DNA of 63,803 bases, filler included, from Intoshia linei (Eukaryota; Animalia; Orthonectida), in assembly GCA_001642005.1 (NCBI GenBank). It is 6 parts of 6 records of this genome, joined end to end, with 100 filler letters (N's around TTAATTAATTAA, not from the genome) between each part and the next. Parts side by side here need not be neighbours in the genome. Positions count along the whole stretch, not along the records: positions 60,076 to 62,641 come from LWCA01002281.1; positions 62,742 to 63,803 come from LWCA01002815.1; 4 more parts are not named here. One strand, 5' to 3'. Under the pieces are notes generated by a model. It did no database searches, was not told where the DNA came from, and saw nothing but the letters and a program-made list of their open reading frames with translations. Every line of letters starts with the position of its first letter. The first letter of the stretch is position 1. This document shows positions 61,677-63,803 of this stretch, piece by piece. A program made the translations under genes and the position numbers.

Positions 61677-62641
61677 AAAAAAATGTGGGAACTCCTGACT
61701 TACATAAGAGAACGTATAATCAAAAAATTTTAAGAGCGGTAGAATATTTTTATGACGCAACAGGGCGCTGCAGCGAAAAAGGTTAGGAATCATGGTGTAA
61801 ATGTAAATAAAACTATAAATCTCAAAATCTTAATTCAATTTGTATTAAATCATCACTGTCATGTTTTTTTTGTGTTTTTGAATCAAACTCAATTGGATTT
61901 TCAACTTTTTGTAAAAATCAATATAAATTTTTTTTTATTAGAAAAAACACCAGAAAATAATTATTAGAATATTATGTACACATCAGTGGTGACACCACAT
62001 TAACTTTAAAAGTGTTATAAAATCTAATAAAAATTTTAAAATCATCAACATTATGATAAATTTCAATTTCAAAATCTTCTATCTTCACGGCCAAAACGCC
62101 AAATTACCCTTTTTTGTAAAATTAAAATAAATGAAATCGATTTAAAAAGAGTTGATGTTTAATTTAAATAAATTTATATTAAATTTAAAACTCATACATG
62201 TATATGAAATTCATATTTTAATATAGTTATACAAAACGAAACCAAATTAATTAAAATAATACTAAAATTAAATGACAAGAAATAATGATACACATCAAGT
62301 ATCATCAGTCAAAAAATCAATGTTAAATACAACTATATAATCACATTGATTGGACATAAATATAAAATCGATAGTGTATTTGACAGATTTCAAGTCAGCT
62401 AATCAGTCTGTTTGCTATATTACATATTTAACTTTGTATTATTGGATGAAATCCAAACATATGCATTAACAAATAAATAATTATACACAAATATACATTC
62501 CAAACACAATATTCATTGAATTCATTATTGGAAAAATTTTATACAAGTTGCATCAATAAAATTTCACATTTTAAAAACATTAAAAACTTTAAATAAAACG
62601 ATATAAATGAATAATAATCAAGAAAAATCATTATACCATGA

Positions 62642-62741
62642 NNNNNNNNNNNNNNNNNNNNNNNNNNNNNNNNNNNNNNNNNNNNTTAATTAATTAANNN
62701 NNNNNNNNNNNNNNNNNNNNNNNNNNNNNNNNNNNNNNNNN
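62642..62741. other. Assembly linker (44N-TTAATTAATTAA-44N)
   Basis: Same 100-nt cassette. Confidence 0.95.
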
Positions 62742-63251
62742 TAAATTAAAGTTAAAATTTTAAAATATTCAAAAGTGTTTTGTTAATTAAATTTAATTTT
62801 TTAATAGAATAAAAATGTACTCTAAACAGAACTAGGTACTGTTTGTACGTAGTACATAACAGTTACGTATTTTAAATATAATCTCATTATATTAAAGTTA
62901 TTATTTCAAAGTATTCAAAAGTATTGTTTTAATTTAATAATCTATTTGCTTTTCCATTACCCTGTTAATAAATAAAATATAAGAATTGTTACCAATACAT
63001 TTATCACCTTCAACATTCTTTAAATATCTCTTCTTACATATATTACATACAAGGGAATTTAAAGTGTTAGATATTTCACACCACTCAACTAAAATAAAAA
63101 ATATAATTCTTAGTACAATTTGTATTTAAATTTACATTTTCATATCATATTCAGCACAAAGTGCATTTACTATACAAATAATTTTAATATAATATCTAAT
63201 TTTCTTAATAAATATACAAATTAATGAAAAAATAAGATTAAACGTTATTAG

Positions 63252-63410
63252 TAGTGCGGAATATTTTTAACCTATAAAATCAAAAAATTGTAACTTATGC
63301 AAAAAAATTATGTAATTTTATAAAAATTTTTTAATTACAAAATAATAAACTTCAAATTAACAAAAGTAAATTTCTATTTTGCAATATATTTTTTTTCGAA
63401 TTGATATATT
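63252..63410. mobile_element. Terminal fragment of the hAT family at 43733
   Basis: tagtgcggaatatttttaacctataaaatcaaaaaattgtaacttatg...gtaaatttctattttgcaatat matches 43733-43910. Confidence 0.65.
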
Positions 63411-63803
63411 TTTAGATCGACTTTTAAAAAATTTTGGCATTCTAATGATAATACTATATCAATCTATGTCATATAATTAATATAAAATTAACAAGACTTG
63501 TTAAATCGCAAGTTAATGTAAATACTTTTTGATATAACCATATTTATATCTTAAAAAAGTGTACTTTAAAGTCATTTGTTTTAGAATGTAATTTTATTAA
63601 TTTATATAATGAAAATGTAATTTTATATAATTATATATATACCTGTACATATATTATCGACTAATATATGAGAAGTTTCACAACTCAAGCATTCTGTTTG
63701 TGTTTGTGAACATTTTTTACATTTAGGTATTTTAACAGAGCATTCTAAATTGAAAATGTTATCAATGATAAATAATCATAATGAACAATAAATATGATTT
63801 TGA

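Overview
Very AT-rich eukaryotic (animal-like) genomic DNA with the standard genetic code and GT-AG introns. Most introns are about 34-55 nt; the long ones are filled with transposon debris. Five identical 100-nt linkers (44N-TTAATTAATTAA-44N) split the window into six contigs whose adjacency is uncertain. Genes spliced by hand: the last three exons of a WDR83/MORG1 WD40 gene (+), the N-terminal part of an RGS22-like gene (+), a small CD225/dispanin membrane-protein gene (-), a complete 16-exon 497-aa glycerol-kinase-family (FGGY) gene (+) whose glycerol-binding residues are almost all replaced, a penta-EF-hand (ALG-2/peflin-like) gene (-) tail-to-tail with it, a possible small orphan gene (+), and the first 27 exons (~2152 aa) of axonemal dynein heavy chain DNAH6 (+). 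The rest is nested mobile DNA. It includes an abundant non-autonomous Helitron family (5' TC, 3' hairpin plus CTAG, A|T target), decayed hAT transposases of several clades, many hAT and Tc1 MITEs with readable TIRs/TSDs, foldback elements and three Ty3/Gypsy remnants, one with an unusual acidic tandem-repeat ORF after the integrase. The tiny introns, low GC and ciliary genes suggest a compact-intron invertebrate such as an orthonectid; this is inference only. No rRNA, tRNA or CRISPR array was recognised. All family assignments come from remembered motifs, not database searches.
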